Translations under genes and position numbers: made by a program | The notes under the pieces: model-generated | Told to the model about the DNA's origin: nothing | Seen by the model: the letters and a program-made list of their open reading frames with translations, nothing else | Databases searched by the model: none | Part shown: one piece after another, positions 1-23,542 of the stretch | How positions within the stretch are numbered: the first letter of the stretch is position 1 | How the letters are laid out: each line of letters begins with the position of its first letter | Assembly: GCF_001194135.2 (NCBI RefSeq) | Contig: NC_068983.1 | Coordinates: 157,234,720-157,298,719, forward strand | Source of the DNA: Octopus bimaculoides | Lineage: Eukaryota | Direction of reading: 5' to 3' | DNA length: 64,000 bases

Positions 1-745
1 ATATATATATATATATATATATAGTCCTGTGTAAGACTTTAAACTGCTTCCAGTAGCGCAGGCCTTGTTTGGGGGTTCCAGGGATTTGAGTGTGAGCCCA
101 ATTCTTAACCACTATTGTTTCCCAGGTTTACTCTGATCCAAAATATAGCACCTGTCAGGTTCTTAGCATGTCCCAAAATTACCTCTGGAAGGTCATTCAC
201 AGACACCCTAAAGGACCAGGGCAAATGAGGCTAGTCTGTTCTTTAGCTATTCATCTAAGAGAAGGTAACTCCATCCAATTCCGGCATCCTGATAACTACT
301 GTTCTCGTGGCATTTGTTGCACCAGACCAATACAAATTTGAAAGGTAAGAGGGAAGGGACTAGCACCCCTGTTGTCTTGTGGGGTAATTTATTGAGAATT
401 TAAAAAAGACTGAGAGAGAAAGCCCCAACAGAAAATCCTGAAGGAAGACTCCTAAGGCAGATATATACAAGGCTGTGGAGTCGGAGTCATGGAGTTGGAG
501 TCAGAAACAATTAAAGGGTAGCTGGAGTTGGAGTCAGTAAAAGTATACCGACACGGATTCTGACTCATTTATTTTTTAATATAAACCAGTTATAACATGT
601 AGGCCTACTCAAAGTACAAGCGTATGCATATGCTTTATGGGATATGTAGACCACAATCACTTAATTACATAAAAAGGAGTCAGAGGTGCCAATAGTAGAG
701 AAGTTGAAGTCGAAATCTTTTGTTTCAACTCCACAGCCCTGGATA

Positions 746-1160
746 TAAGTCATCATCATCATCGTTTAATGTTCGTTTTCCATGCTGGCATGGGTTGGAC
801 GGTTTGACTGAGGTCTGGAGAGCCAATGGCTGCACCAGGCTCCAATCTGATCTAGCAATGTTTCTACAGCTGGATACCCTTCTTAACAGCAACCACTCCG
901 AGAGCATAGAGGGTGCTTTTTACATACCACCAGCACAGGAGCCAGTCAGGCAGGCCTGGCATCGATCATGTTCAGATAGTGCTTTTTATGTGCCACCGGA
1001 ACAGGGGCCAGTCAGGGGGTACTGGCATTGGCCACGTTCAGATGGTGCTTTTTATGTGCCACCGGCATGGGAGCCAGTCATTGGGTACTGGCATCGGCCA
1101 CATTTGGATGGTGCTTTTTATGTGCTACCAGCACGGGAGCCAGTCAGGCGGACCTGACTA
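746..1160 (-). mobile_element. Diverged RTE-type 3' end with about four 66-bp internal tandem units
   Basis: same terminal module; the GGTGCTTTTTATGTGCCACC unit recurs every 66 bp from about 912 (22-aa periodicity in ORF 720..1157). Confidence 0.8.
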
Positions 1161-1654
1161 TATGGCTATATATCTGCCAATATGGTTAATCAGCATCTGG
1201 CGTCCCCGGCAGCTCTATAAATGTTGCAAACATATTGACTTGTCTCCCCTTGATGGCATGTCCATGAATGGCGAAGAGGTAAGTGTACTTGGAGCTAGGA
1301 ACTTTCTTCTGGAACAGCATAAGTGGTTAAGTTACTGTCTCAGAAAAACTGTAGATCAATAATAAAATAGATCAACCATATCTATACATGACAGGCTTAT
1401 TTCAGTTTTCCTCAATCAACTCCATTTACAAGGCTTCAGTCAACTCATGGCTATAGTAGAAAACATTTGCCCAAAGTTCTGCACTGTATTCACTCATTCC
1501 ATTTGACTGATATGTGGTCTTTGGCTAAGTTGTGATACAAATATACACTTTAATTTCTACAAAGATTAAAAATTATTTAATGTTCAACCTAGACTAATCT
1601 TCAAAAGCAAAAATAAACCTTAATCTTTTAAATAAAAGAAGTATTAAAACATAC

Positions 1655-1742
1655 GGGGTTTTACAAAAGACTTTCTTAATGTGCTCGTGAATTTCTTCTT
1701 GTTCTTTGTTGTAAACATCCACAATAACTCTTTCACCAGAAT
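1655..1742 (-). CDS. MRPS25: MRPS25 coding exon 3
   Basis: acceptor ctttttacag|, (D)[29 protein letters not shown], donor CC|gtatgt; lies within ORF 1594..1863. Confidence 0.93.
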
Positions 1743-4700
1743 CTGTAAAAAGTAAAAGAATTGCTAAGTAGAAACAATTAGAATAGAATGAATATATTGT
1801 GATCTTTGGGGAAAAAAAAAGTTCTATACTAACTTTGAAGATATTGCCAGATGTATTGCTCACCTTTTAAATCAAGATGTCTGATCCCCAAAATAATCTA
1901 TCCAGAGCTATTGCTGTGAAAATATATACAATTCTTGGATGTTAGGCTATTAATAAGCCATTAATTAGGCCATCTAATAGGAATATATATTCACTTGAAT
2001 TTTCCCTTAAGTTTAGTATGATCAAAAAAACTGTTTTCTGGCTGATTTACAATAACTTATTCCATGCAAACCTGATCAGAATGACTTCTGCTGGAGCAAC
2101 TGTTTTTACAGTTAGATAACCTCCTGCTACTATGAAGTAGATGCAGAACTTGCTATTTACCTCCCAGCACTGCTCAAAGCTGGGAGGTGATGTGAATAGA
2201 TGGTGTGTAAGAAATTTTAAAATTGGGTAAGTAATACAATATACTGGAAGTTTCAGGATACACAGAAAGAGAAAGAAGTTCCACAAGGTGGTATTCAGAT
2301 GAAGAAATATATTTAATTCTTGGTGTAAAGTTTAGAGAATGATAAATATGGGGTTGCAAGAAGCAAAGAAGTTGGGGTAATTAGTGATTTGACATTTAAT
2401 TTCTATGAAGTTCGAAGAGTATGAAACTGTCATAGTAGAGATGGAATGTTAAGCATATTTGAATCTTTTAGAGAGTTAACTGCTCAGAGGCTAAAGATTT
2501 TTTGCTATAAGTGCTATTAAATATTTAGGTCATGTTAGAAATACATTTTAGAAAGCATTTTGTGCAGTAGAGGAATATGTAAGCTGCACAATACTAATTA
2601 ATTTAATGGTGATTAACAAAATTTGAAGAGAAAGAGATGACATTCCTACGGAGAAACTTAAGTTCAATATTTGAGAGAGTTTTCTACAGCTCACTTAAGT
2701 GGTTATGGTATGGCTAATGAAGAAAATTTAGATTCATATAATCAGTTTAATACACCATGTACTGGAAAGTAAGTTGGGTCACAAAGGCTGCATATATTTC
2801 GTTTTATGTGACAACCTTTTTTAAAGTGAGTGATTTATGTGAGTCATAGAGTAGAATCTATATAAATAAAAACTATATTATTAGTTGCCTTGGCTCTTCT
2901 CTTCAGGGTTCAACTCCCACTAACACACTACAAAGCCCACAAGAGTATTGCTCTTAGATCTTGAATGCTGTAGACGAACAGATATCTTAGAACACAACCA
3001 AGAAGCAGGCTAATTGAGTGATTGGTATAAAGTCACAGACACACTACAGTCTCTAGTCCACAAGAATACTTTCTCCTCCCTTTCCTTTTCTACTGCAATT
3101 CAAATGACCTATGCCCTTAGGAGCTGACTGGTTTCATGCCACCTCTGTTCAATTTCTCCCCCACTCATCACCTGTATTGTGTCCAGCATCCACCCCACCA
3201 TCCAGCCGTGCACAAATCTCTACACCCAATCCTTCCTCCCCACAATGTCAGCATTTAGAACTCCTTTTCTCTTCATATCCTTCCATAAGCTATCAACTTA
3301 CATCAGTTTAAGCATCAGTTTAAGCATCCAGTGTCTAAAAAAAAAAAATCACAAATCTTTTTTATGAAATGAGCCAAATATAGAATATATCTTACCTAAA
3401 ATGAACTGTATAAAAGGTGTTGGTGTCATATTCTTCATAGTGAGTACTTGTAGGTTAGGATTTTTATACTGTATTTGTGGAATGTGCCAAAATTGAAAGT
3501 TGCTTTGAATAAAAAGGAAAAATTAATAAAGTCATTAAAAACTATTTAATAAGAAAGATCATTAGGGATTTCATTATAGTTTTCTATATATTTGACATTT
3601 AACAATATATGTTAACAAAATTATCTATAATACTTATATATGTGTGTGTAGTTGGTCTTTGTGTCAATTTGAACTGAGACTTTTTTTTTCCAATTAGGGA
3701 AATTTTCATAACCAAAAGCCAGATCTTTCAAACTGAGTGATGACATCATGAAAAAAAAAAAGCCTGACCAATAGCACACACAACAACTATACAGCAAACT
3801 CACTGAATGACATCAACATAAAAAATAAAAAATAATTTAAAAAACCCCCAGAAAACTAACAAATCAAAATTGTTGCTTTCAAACCAGTTAAGAGTCAGAC
3901 TAAATCTAGGATCAGGACAGAAAGGTCAGTCAGGTAGACAGAACAAAAAACAGAATGCAGCCATGCATTCATGTCATGTTGAGCTCCACTCAGTGTCAGA
4001 TGTCGACAGCTAGACCCACCAAATATGAAGAGTCTGTAGTAACACAAATGATCCACATTCTACTAGCTTAAGAATTCTCTCTTTCTTCTACACCTAACTA
4101 TAGAAACTGTCAACCACACTCTTGCCTAAAAAAGAACTTTCTTTCACCTCAATAGTTCCTCATCAGATGTCCTGCCCAGTACAACATCTAACAATAAGCA
4201 TTACTTGAAAACAATGACTTCTCTCATCCATCTATCCAGCTTTCCATTCATCTAGTTGTTAATGTGATAACCACCACCTATATTAGTATGTCAAATTCAT
4301 ACAACATTATATTGTGTAAACATGTATGCTGACAAGCCCTACTACAAAATTCTAAGAGCTACAAATCCTAAACAAAACAAGTATTGAAATTTCTACATTT
4401 AATACTGACACCAGTACTAACAATAAAGCATTTCCAGGCAACTATCCAAAGTTCATACAAAGCTTTGCATCTTCAAAGTTATGTCCATTTACAGGGTACA
4501 ACGGAAAAAAATCTGTTTCATCATCATCATCATCGTTTAACGTCCGCTTTCCATGCTAGCATGGGTTGGACGACTTGACTGAGGACTGGTGAAACCGGAT
4601 GGCAACACCAAGCTCCAATCTAAATTTGGCAGAGTTTCTACAGCTGGATGCCCTTCCTAACGCCAACCACTCAGAGAGTGTAGTAGGTGCTTTTACGTGT

Positions 4701-6853
4701 CACCTGCATGAAGGCCAGTCAGGCAATACTGGCAACGGCCACGCTCGAAATGGTGTCTTTTATGTGCCACCCGCACAAGCCAGTCCAGGGGCACTGGCAA
4801 CGATCTCGCTCGAAAATCCTACGGAGGCCAGTCAGGCGGTACTGGCAACAGCCACGCTCAAAATGGTGCATCTTATGTGCCACCCGCACAAGAGCCAGTC
4901 CAGGGGCACTGGCAACGATCTTACTTGGCTTGCCGGGTCTTCTCACGCACAGCCAAAGGCACATTGTGCACTGGTCCAAACCATGATGGTAACTAAGAAA
5001 AAATAAAAGTAAAACATTTGCTACCTAAAAATACCATTAGTCCCTGCCAAACTGCACTGGTGCCACACCAATGGCCACATAAAATATGGGAGGTTTTTCA
5101 GTTGCACTTTGTGTTATAACCTTCATCTTCTTATGGCTGAGTTCCAACCCAAGTCCACTTGTCACACCTCTTGGTCCAATATCATTGCTTTGAGGTCCTG
5201 GATACATTCCAAGCTAGTGTCTGCAATCAAGTTATCAATGTAAGTGTGACAAGGTTTTTCTCTTCTTACATCACCATGAAGTACATTCCACAAGACTAAT
5301 TCAAATGTTTGCAGTCCGGGGTAGCACACACACTGACCAGCTAGTCGCAGCTGTTTTGGCCTGATCTTCTTGAACTTTTGGCAGGTTTCCATAAAGGCAT
5401 TTGTTTCTCATATGTTACTACCATTTCACATTTAGGGCCGTTTGTAGCATCCTTGTGTAGCAGCCATCTAACCTGTTCGATAATTTTTTTGTCAGTGTCT
5501 GTGTTTCACTGTCATATAATAATACTGATTCAACAGCTGAATCCATTCCCACAATTTTTCCACCCAGCAAAGAGTGTTCAACCATATCCTCCACATAAAT
5601 CCCAATGATGATGAAGTAAAGATAATGTGTAAGCCGGTGGGGGGTATACTGTCACTAAACATCGTGGAATAAATATGTCTGGAATCAGAGTATTACCAAC
5701 ATGAAAGTTCAAAATTTCGTTTGCAAGATTCATGATGTGAACTCGTGTGTTAAAACAAATCTTGATGTATCTTGTGAGGGTCATTATGCCAACAATAACA
5801 AACACATGCACTAGTCAATTTCACTTCTTTTTGGTTAGCCAGAAGGTTAATTATCTAACCAACCAACTAATCAATAGTTTGTTTAATCTATTGGTTATAC
5901 AATCAACCAGTTGTTTGTCAAAGTTCAAATCAATAACGTGTCCTCTCCTCCAGATCTTAGAGATTTGAAGCAGACCTGAAAGCAGATTAATTAATTGTTT
6001 AATTAGATAACTAATCAATTAACTAACAACAAAGAGGTAAAATTGAACCAGTGTAGGTGTTTTTTTTTTTTTATTGGCGTAATGAACGTCTCAATATACA
6101 ACAAAGCTGAAGATATTCTTTAGAAATCTTTTGGTGATAAATCAAAAAGGGCGATTTTACGGTACATTCAAAACGGAGAAATTGAAGGTCCTTAAAACTC
6201 AAACCGAGAGCACTTTCCAGACCTGATAATAAACGCAGAACATGACCGACTGACAGGTACTATCTGCACACTTACAAGAGTTGTACGTTTTCGGAATAAA
6301 AATGTTTCGTTTTGTGTTTTTCAATACTTAGTCAATCTTGTGTGTATGGAACAAGATCGGGGTCATTAAATGTAAACTTATACCAGAATTTATCTTCAAA
6401 AATATTTTCGTCTAATATTAAGAATTTATTACTTTTGTTACATCTCTAAGCTTCGATGTTCCACTGAGTTTAACCCTGTGACCTCTTAGATATTTTCCTC
6501 GTGGTATATCAACTAAATTGTTTTTTAACAAACTCAAAGATCTACCTTTCTCAGAAGAAAAAAAAAAGATACATTAAAGCTAAGCCAATAATTTTACTAG
6601 AATCGAAAGATGGTCATAAATACAAGTGTATGGAGTAGAGATTGTGCGAAAATAAATGGTTTCAATAAAAAAGAAATTAGTTGTCATTGATTTAAACGCA
6701 ACAACAAAACACTTACTAAGCTCCTTTACTTGCTAGATGTCCAGTGTTATAGTTGATTATCATTACTTGAACATTTTTCTTAAAAACAAGTGACCCATTT
6801 TTAAGATATTGTAAAGTCCTACGAATAGGAGCACGACCTTTCATAAAAGGCAT
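1655..6853 (-). CDS. MRPS25: Mitochondrial ribosomal protein S25 (mS25), exons 1-3; 3' exon(s) lie outside the window
   Basis: join complement(6717..6853, 3396..3502, 1655..1742). All introns are GT-AG and phases match (2, 1, ends in 2). Translation [111 protein letters not shown] matches recalled human/fly mS25 (MKGRxPIRRTLxYL, [17 protein letters not shown], DSGExVxVDV). Confidence 0.96.
3396..3502 (-). CDS. MRPS25: MRPS25 coding exon 2
   Basis: acceptor ttcctttttattcaaag|, [35 protein letters not shown], donor G|gtaaga. Confidence 0.95.
4519..4953 (-). mobile_element. RTE LINE 3' end, near-identical to the 13758 copy
   Basis: (CAT)n-CGTTTAACGTCCGCTTTCCATGCTAGCATGGGTTGGACG... through CTTCTCACGCACAGC. 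Confidence 0.88.
5150..5392 (-). mobile_element. Degenerate RTE-like LINE C-terminal fragment
   Basis: [23 protein letters not shown]...DLKAMILD resembles RTE C-termini (LW.P.HG.R.RGRP..TYID). Confidence 0.55.
6717..6853 (-). CDS. MRPS25: MRPS25 coding exon 1
   Basis: ATG at 6853, [17 protein letters not shown]...SKGA, donor TA|gtaagt; too short for the ORF track. Confidence 0.95.
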
Positions 6854-7110
6854 GTTTCTAAGATGTTATTTCTGACGCGAGGAAATATCTCCGAATTTAC
6901 TTGAAACTACATGTTATCAAAAATAGGTAACTGTTGCAAAATTTGAAAGGACTTATTAAATGATAGAATAATAAATAATCAAAAAAAAGTGTTATATGAA
7001 TTTATAAAACCACAAATTATACTTGAAGTTATATCTTTTTTTTAATCACTTTAATTTTAAATTACGGCGAATGTCGTAAAATAATAGATTCATACAAAGC
7101 AGACGAAAGA
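6854..7110. promoter_or_regulatory. Putative bidirectional promoter plus both 5' UTRs of MRPS25 and the ARMC10-like gene
   Basis: 257 bp between divergent start codons (6853 minus, 7111 plus); repeat-free and containing several CpG dinucleotides. Confidence 0.75.
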
Positions 7111-18009
<10,899 letters not shown>

Positions 18010-19136
18010 TATCATTATGCAGAAAATTATGTTACTGCAACAGAAATTTTTAAAATCTCTTGACTAAAGTGTTTTAAAGACGTGCTGTGGCCTGCAAATC
18101 TTATGTTTTTTAATGAAAGCATATATTTAAATATTACTTTTGTTGAAACTAAAAATGTTAATGGAAGTAAATCAAATGTTTAACACAGTTCTAGTTTAAC
18201 AGTGCTATAAAAATTTGTTTAAAGTGTTTAAACTAAAAGAATCATGATTTTTTTGGTATATAGCATTACTTGTGAAAAAGAAAACATAATTCAGTTTCAA
18301 AAGCAACAATATGTATTTACTGACAATGAATATTAGAGATATATTATTTTTATGTTTATTTCCTTGTCCCATAATGTATTAAATGTTTTCAAGCAAAGAA
18401 AATAATTCTCAAGAGCTTGAAAGAATGGAATCATGGTAGTGATACACAGTGAGATTAAAGACAGCAATATAAAGAACACCATGTGTGTTACAGTTGTTAG
18501 CATAGATCCAGTAAATTCAAAAAGAGCTAAAAAAGTGGCATTGTGAAATATATGTGTGCCTTGTAAATAGTTAGCAATAGTTGAAACATTATATATTTTT
18601 TAGCTCATAAGGAGGAACTATTTCTTCTCCTGAAATTTTGGCTGAGTTTGTCAATTACCATAAAAGAATTTTTAATTAGTGTTTAGATTATATATACATA
18701 TATACACACATATACACATACATTTAAGCACATAAACACACACACATATATATATGATAATCATTGCTTTCTTTTTATACAGCTAATGATATTTGCCAAC
18801 TGTTTAAACATGAAATAAGTGTAACTAATTGAAAAGGTTTTATCTTTTAATTTAAGAAAGAAAATTGTTTTTAAATCCGTCAATGAAATATTTCTGTACT
18901 AAAATCTCTAGAGCTCAAACTTTGGAAACTAAAAATAACAATTGACTGTTATAAAATCTTTAATTGTAAATTAAATGGAATAAAATATTTTGAACACAAA
19001 GGAATAATTAAAAATCATTACAATCATCTTCACCATCATTGTTGTCATCATCATCCGCATTGTGTGTTGAAAAACTGTATCCAGCACACAAATATACAAA
19101 TTCTAGGCTGCATATAAGAAACAATTATTGTTACCT

Positions 19137-19695
19137 TGTTTCAGTCATTAAACTGCAGCCATGCTGGGGCACCGCCTTGAAGAATTTTAGTTGAATGAAT
19201 TGACCCTAGTACTTTTTTTTAAGCCTGGTACTTATTCTATCAATCTCTTTTGCCGAACTGCTAAGTCACAGGGACATAAACACACCAGCACCAGTTTTCA
19301 AGCAGACTGTCAGTATATATATTTACCATTTAAATTTATGGCCGAGTTAGAGATGAAACTAGTCTAGTCCAGTGATTCTAGCTTCACTTATGGGCAGTTA
19401 TCTCCCCAGTCAGTATATGAAAATGAGCTTTCTTGCAGTTCTAAAAGTTTTAACTCTTATTTCTAGCAATATAGGTGCTACCCAGCACCCTCAGTCACAA
19501 TTAGTGACGATAAAATTTTTCCTGTACACACACACGAGTCTTCTTTCAGTTTCTGTCTGTTAAATCTCCTCTCAAGGCTTTGGTTGGCCCAGAGCTAAAG
19601 TAGAAAACACTTGTCCAACATACAATACAGAGGGACTGAACCTGACACCATATGGTTGAGAAGCAAGCTTCTTAACCATACAATCATGCCTGTAC
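19137..19695 (-). mobile_element. Same tRNA-SINE family, antisense, downstream of the ARMC10-like gene
   Basis: 5' part at about 19540..19695 and 3' part at about 19137..19300, collinear with the 60310 copy. Confidence 0.7.
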
Positions 19696-21899
19696 CTATC
19701 ATAAATTTCTAATTTGTATCAGACTTCATTTTTATAAATTTGATGTTATTTACTGAATTTTGTTGGATAGATTTTGACAGACATATAATTTGATATTTGA
19801 TTTAGAAAGAAGCCATGGTACATTGATGTCAATAAATTTAGCTTTCAATAAATAAATGTCATATAAACTTCAAGATTAATATCAATACAAACTACCTCTT
19901 GAGAAAGCTAATTAAATATGCTTGTCTTATTATTATTGTTATTTTTTAAGAATACATTATGGCATCGTCATGGTGGATATTATTCTGATAGCCTGAAAAC
20001 AAAATGTTCTCTCTTGTCAGAGATGTTAATATTTTAAACTTCTGTCTCTTTAACAAAAGGTCAAATGACTAAAAATGTTCTGATGACCAATTTTTGTCAA
20101 CATTTAAGGCTTTTAGGTCAACAAATTTCTCAAGTAACTTCAGATACCCATCATTGTATTCAAATTAATAGCTTGTAATGTAAAGCATTTTTTTTTATCT
20201 GTCTCACAGCATCTTAGGTTTGGATTTGTAATCCCAGTAGTTTTTACTTTATTTGTTCTTAGGATTAGTATTAAAAAATTCCTTTGAATCTTCATGGTAC
20301 AGTTCTTGCATTAAAAAAAATTAGAGCAACTTTACAAATAACTTCCTCTGTCAGTCATTGAAGTGAATCAAGTTAAATTGAAATAGCAGTGTAGAAAGGT
20401 CAAGTAATTATATAGTATTCAAAACCCATTTTGAGTTTTTAACATAGTGAAGAGTCTAACATGTCAGAATACTGAATTAATTTACATTTAATTTAGGTTT
20501 GAATTTGTATCTTTACCTTTTATTATACAGCAGCCAATACCCACATTCAGCAGTTGGCTTTGTTTATAAGAGATTAAACATCTAAAACTTCAAGTAGTGT
20601 TCTGCATTACATTTTCTACATTTCATAGTAAAATACTTGACATACAATGCAGCCAGATAAATGTTACATCATTGCATTGAATGACTAATATTTTACTTTA
20701 ACTTCAGTATTTACAATATTGAAAATCGGATAAAATTGCCTTCTTGTTCTATGCAAAAATATCTTCTTTACATTGCCCCATGTTATACAGATTTCACTTT
20801 CCCTATCACTCACTCATCTAGATATCTGTAAAAAGGTTTTACAACTTACTCTGGTTTGAATTCTTCCTTTCCCATGCCTCCACAACTCTTTGAATTCAAT
20901 CTATCAACAACTCTTTGACTAGTCACCAAAGAAACCTCTATGTGGTTACTCAACCTGTTACAACTAACAGCTAAATCTCCATCAATTCACACCCTGCTGT
21001 CTTGAAAAAGGACATATGGATAATGAGATCTTGAGTTTCCAGCATGTAGGGGGAAAAAACAGGATGGTCACACTGGAATTTCTTTGATCATAGCTCTGGT
21101 CAGTAAAAAATTGACCTGTAACTAAACAACAACTCTGATCATATTTCTTCCTACATCGAGAACCTCTATGCTCACTCCACTCCTCACTGATAAGACTCCA
21201 CTTTTCAAAACTCTTTTTGACTCATGCACTCATCCCACACTGATTTTGATGATACAGAAACCAAATATTTTACAATCTTTATCTTTTCATATAATTAATT
21301 TCATTCTTGAATGACACAGATGCTCTAAACATCCTTGATCTCTTTCTCATTTCTAAACCCACCTGCTACCAAACTATCTCTGCACTTAGTGAATAATCCA
21401 GCCACTGCCACATTATAACTTCCCACCACATATCCACACACTAAACAATGCCCCTACCTTCTGGATACTTTGGAACTTCATTTCAGCTGATTAGATTAGC
21501 CAAAGCTCAGCCAGTTCTATGCTAACTAGGCAAGGCAGAAACAACCAACTGGGAGACTGAAACTCTCATCTTAGATATGTTCCTTCATATCCCAACCATA
21601 CAACCCCAAATCCCACTAGTAGTTGACTTGTATCTGGCAAAGAATATCGCTTGCAATACATGGGAAAAAGAAATCACCTACTCCTACAAACTGGGAGGCT
21701 TTTACATATCACTACATTCAAAACACAAAAGATGATTTTGTGCTTTGCACAACCTGTTAGCTCTCACATCTCACAACATGCAGCTGGTCCTTCTGGTCTC
21801 TGGCCAAAAGGGTCTCTACCAACTTCGCTGCCTGTATCCTCCAATCTTCTGCTTCTCAATCATTGAGAAAGCCTTCACTTTTGTTGCCTAATTTGCATC

Positions 21900-22380
21900 C
21901 AACTCTATACAGCACACAATACTCTTCAATCAACCAGCATCACCACTACATACACATACATACCAAGTGTGAAAGCAATTCCAGTTGTTTCAGAACAACA
22001 AGATTCCAGCCCTGACAGTGTCCTCTTACCTTCAAATAATGCTTCTCAAAGCTAGTACCTAACCTCAACAATGTCCCTTTCTGTCCCTCTTCAGGACTCT
22101 ATCCTATTGAAGGTTCCATTCTCAAGATGGACAATATCACTGATCTAGTAAACTATCCTTCTACTCTTATTTCCAGCATCTCAAAGGTGATGGAGACAGT
22201 TGTTAACAACTGTCTCCAACATTTTCATTCCCTCCCACTTTTTCAGTTGCTACCAATACAGCTTAAAAAACCTGAACCACTGGACATAACTCTTCTATGT
22301 CACTCAGCCTTGAGAAATTTAGTGAAAATACTCTTGTTGCACATAATATCATCAATGTATTTGACTGTGCCAGGTGTGTA
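21900..22380 (+). mobile_element. Highly degenerate CR1/L2-like LINE reverse transcriptase fragment
   Basis: TLISSISKVMETVVNN resembles RPISLLS.ISKV.E; a degraded LDISKAFD-like segment follows. Confidence 0.55.
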
Positions 22381-22986
22381 AATCTCCTAATCTGAAACAG
22401 CCTGATGGTTGTAAGTGAGCATGTTGTTTATTTCCAGTCTTCCATAAGAATGTTTGGCCGTGGGAAATATTACCCTGCATGAAAACAGGTGAAGGTTGGC
22501 AACAGGAAAAGTATCCAGCCGTAGAAATTTGCCTCAACAAATTCTATCTGACACATGCAAGCATAGAAAAGTGGATGTAAAATATTGATGATGAATATAT
22601 GAAAGGTTCTCAAATTGATTGACTGAACGGATGAATGGATGCAAGTGCGTCTCATAAAGCGAGATTTATATATCTTAATTTGCAGAGGAATTTGTGGTGG
22701 TGAGTTTAGCTTAATCACATGTAATGACGGGGATGTGAGTTTGAGTCCACAGCTGGCCACCTACACTTTTCTCTGCAAAAATAGGGATAGTTTATCCTGT
22801 TCAGGCTATATTATTAGCATTATTCTGCGATTGAGAATTTAAACATCACTTCCTTAACTTTCTATAAAAAACTTATACTTCTGTTTCAAAATAAAACAAT
22901 AAAGAGAGAAAGGGAAGTAGGAATGGATGTTAAAAAACATAAAAATGTAAAATAAAATGAAAATAATTCTGAAGTTAAATGAGGCA

Positions 22987-22992
22987 TTTATT
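22987..22992 (-). terminator. Candidate polyadenylation signal of RBSN
   Basis: AATAAA on the minus strand 18 nt after the stop codon, followed by a U-rich tract. Confidence 0.4.
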
Positions 22993-23010
22993 GAATGAAC
23001 CTTTGAAATT

Positions 23011-23542
23011 TTATTTGTTTTGTTTATTATATTCAAGTTGAAGTTCTTGTAAATTTTGCTCCAACATTTCAACTTCATCAAATTTTTGGGCTTGTTTTGC
23101 TTGTTTAATATATCCACAAATTATTTCTATCTGCTGCAACATGGGATCATTTGTATTCTGTGAATAAGAAGAAATCTCAGATGGCTTCCAGCCTTTACCA
23201 ATGTTACCATTAGTTTCAGTTCTGGAAGCATCCTCTTGAGATGGAGAATGATGCTGTCGATGTTGAGAAAAACTGCTTGTTGATGAATCAGTAGAAGACT
23301 TTTGTTGTTCTTGCTCTTGAGCTAACATGGCTTCTTTTCGTTCTAGTGCAAATTTTTGTTGCATCTCCACAGTATGAGAATTTTTCATCTTTTCATATTC
23401 TTCTTGAGATGGAAGTTGTTGAATTCCACTCAAGTTCTCTTTCAAAAAGTTACTAGAAAAAGTACGTATTGCTCTTTGCAAGTATAGTTGTCTTAGAGGT
23501 GGAGATGTTTCATTGTTTACACCCAGTGTCAAAATCTTTTTA
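23011..23542 (-). CDS. RBSN: RBSN terminal coding exon (Rab-binding helical hairpin)
   Basis: attttttacag|(S)KKILTLGVN...DPMLQQIEIICGYIKQAKQAQKFDEVEMLEQNLQELQLEYNKQNK*. Confidence 0.94.

Noticed and set aside
1-720. Search for the final MRPS25 exon (expected NPANFG and CxCE motifs)
   Set aside because: No matching frame was found on the minus strand, so the exon is presumed to lie outside the window.
720-1157. ORF with a 22-aa repeat (GAFYVPP...), and a superficially CRISPR-like periodic array
   Set aside because: These are 66-bp tandem units of a retroelement UTR. The whole unit is homologous, there are no unique spacers or cas genes, and the context is eukaryotic.
4599-5006. Recurrent ORFs such as [21 protein letters not shown] (also 13846, 32832, 33131, 33477 and 55871) that look like a paralogous protein family
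   Set aside because: They are antisense or off-frame readings of a LINE 3' UTR, with no conserved start, stop or splice signals.
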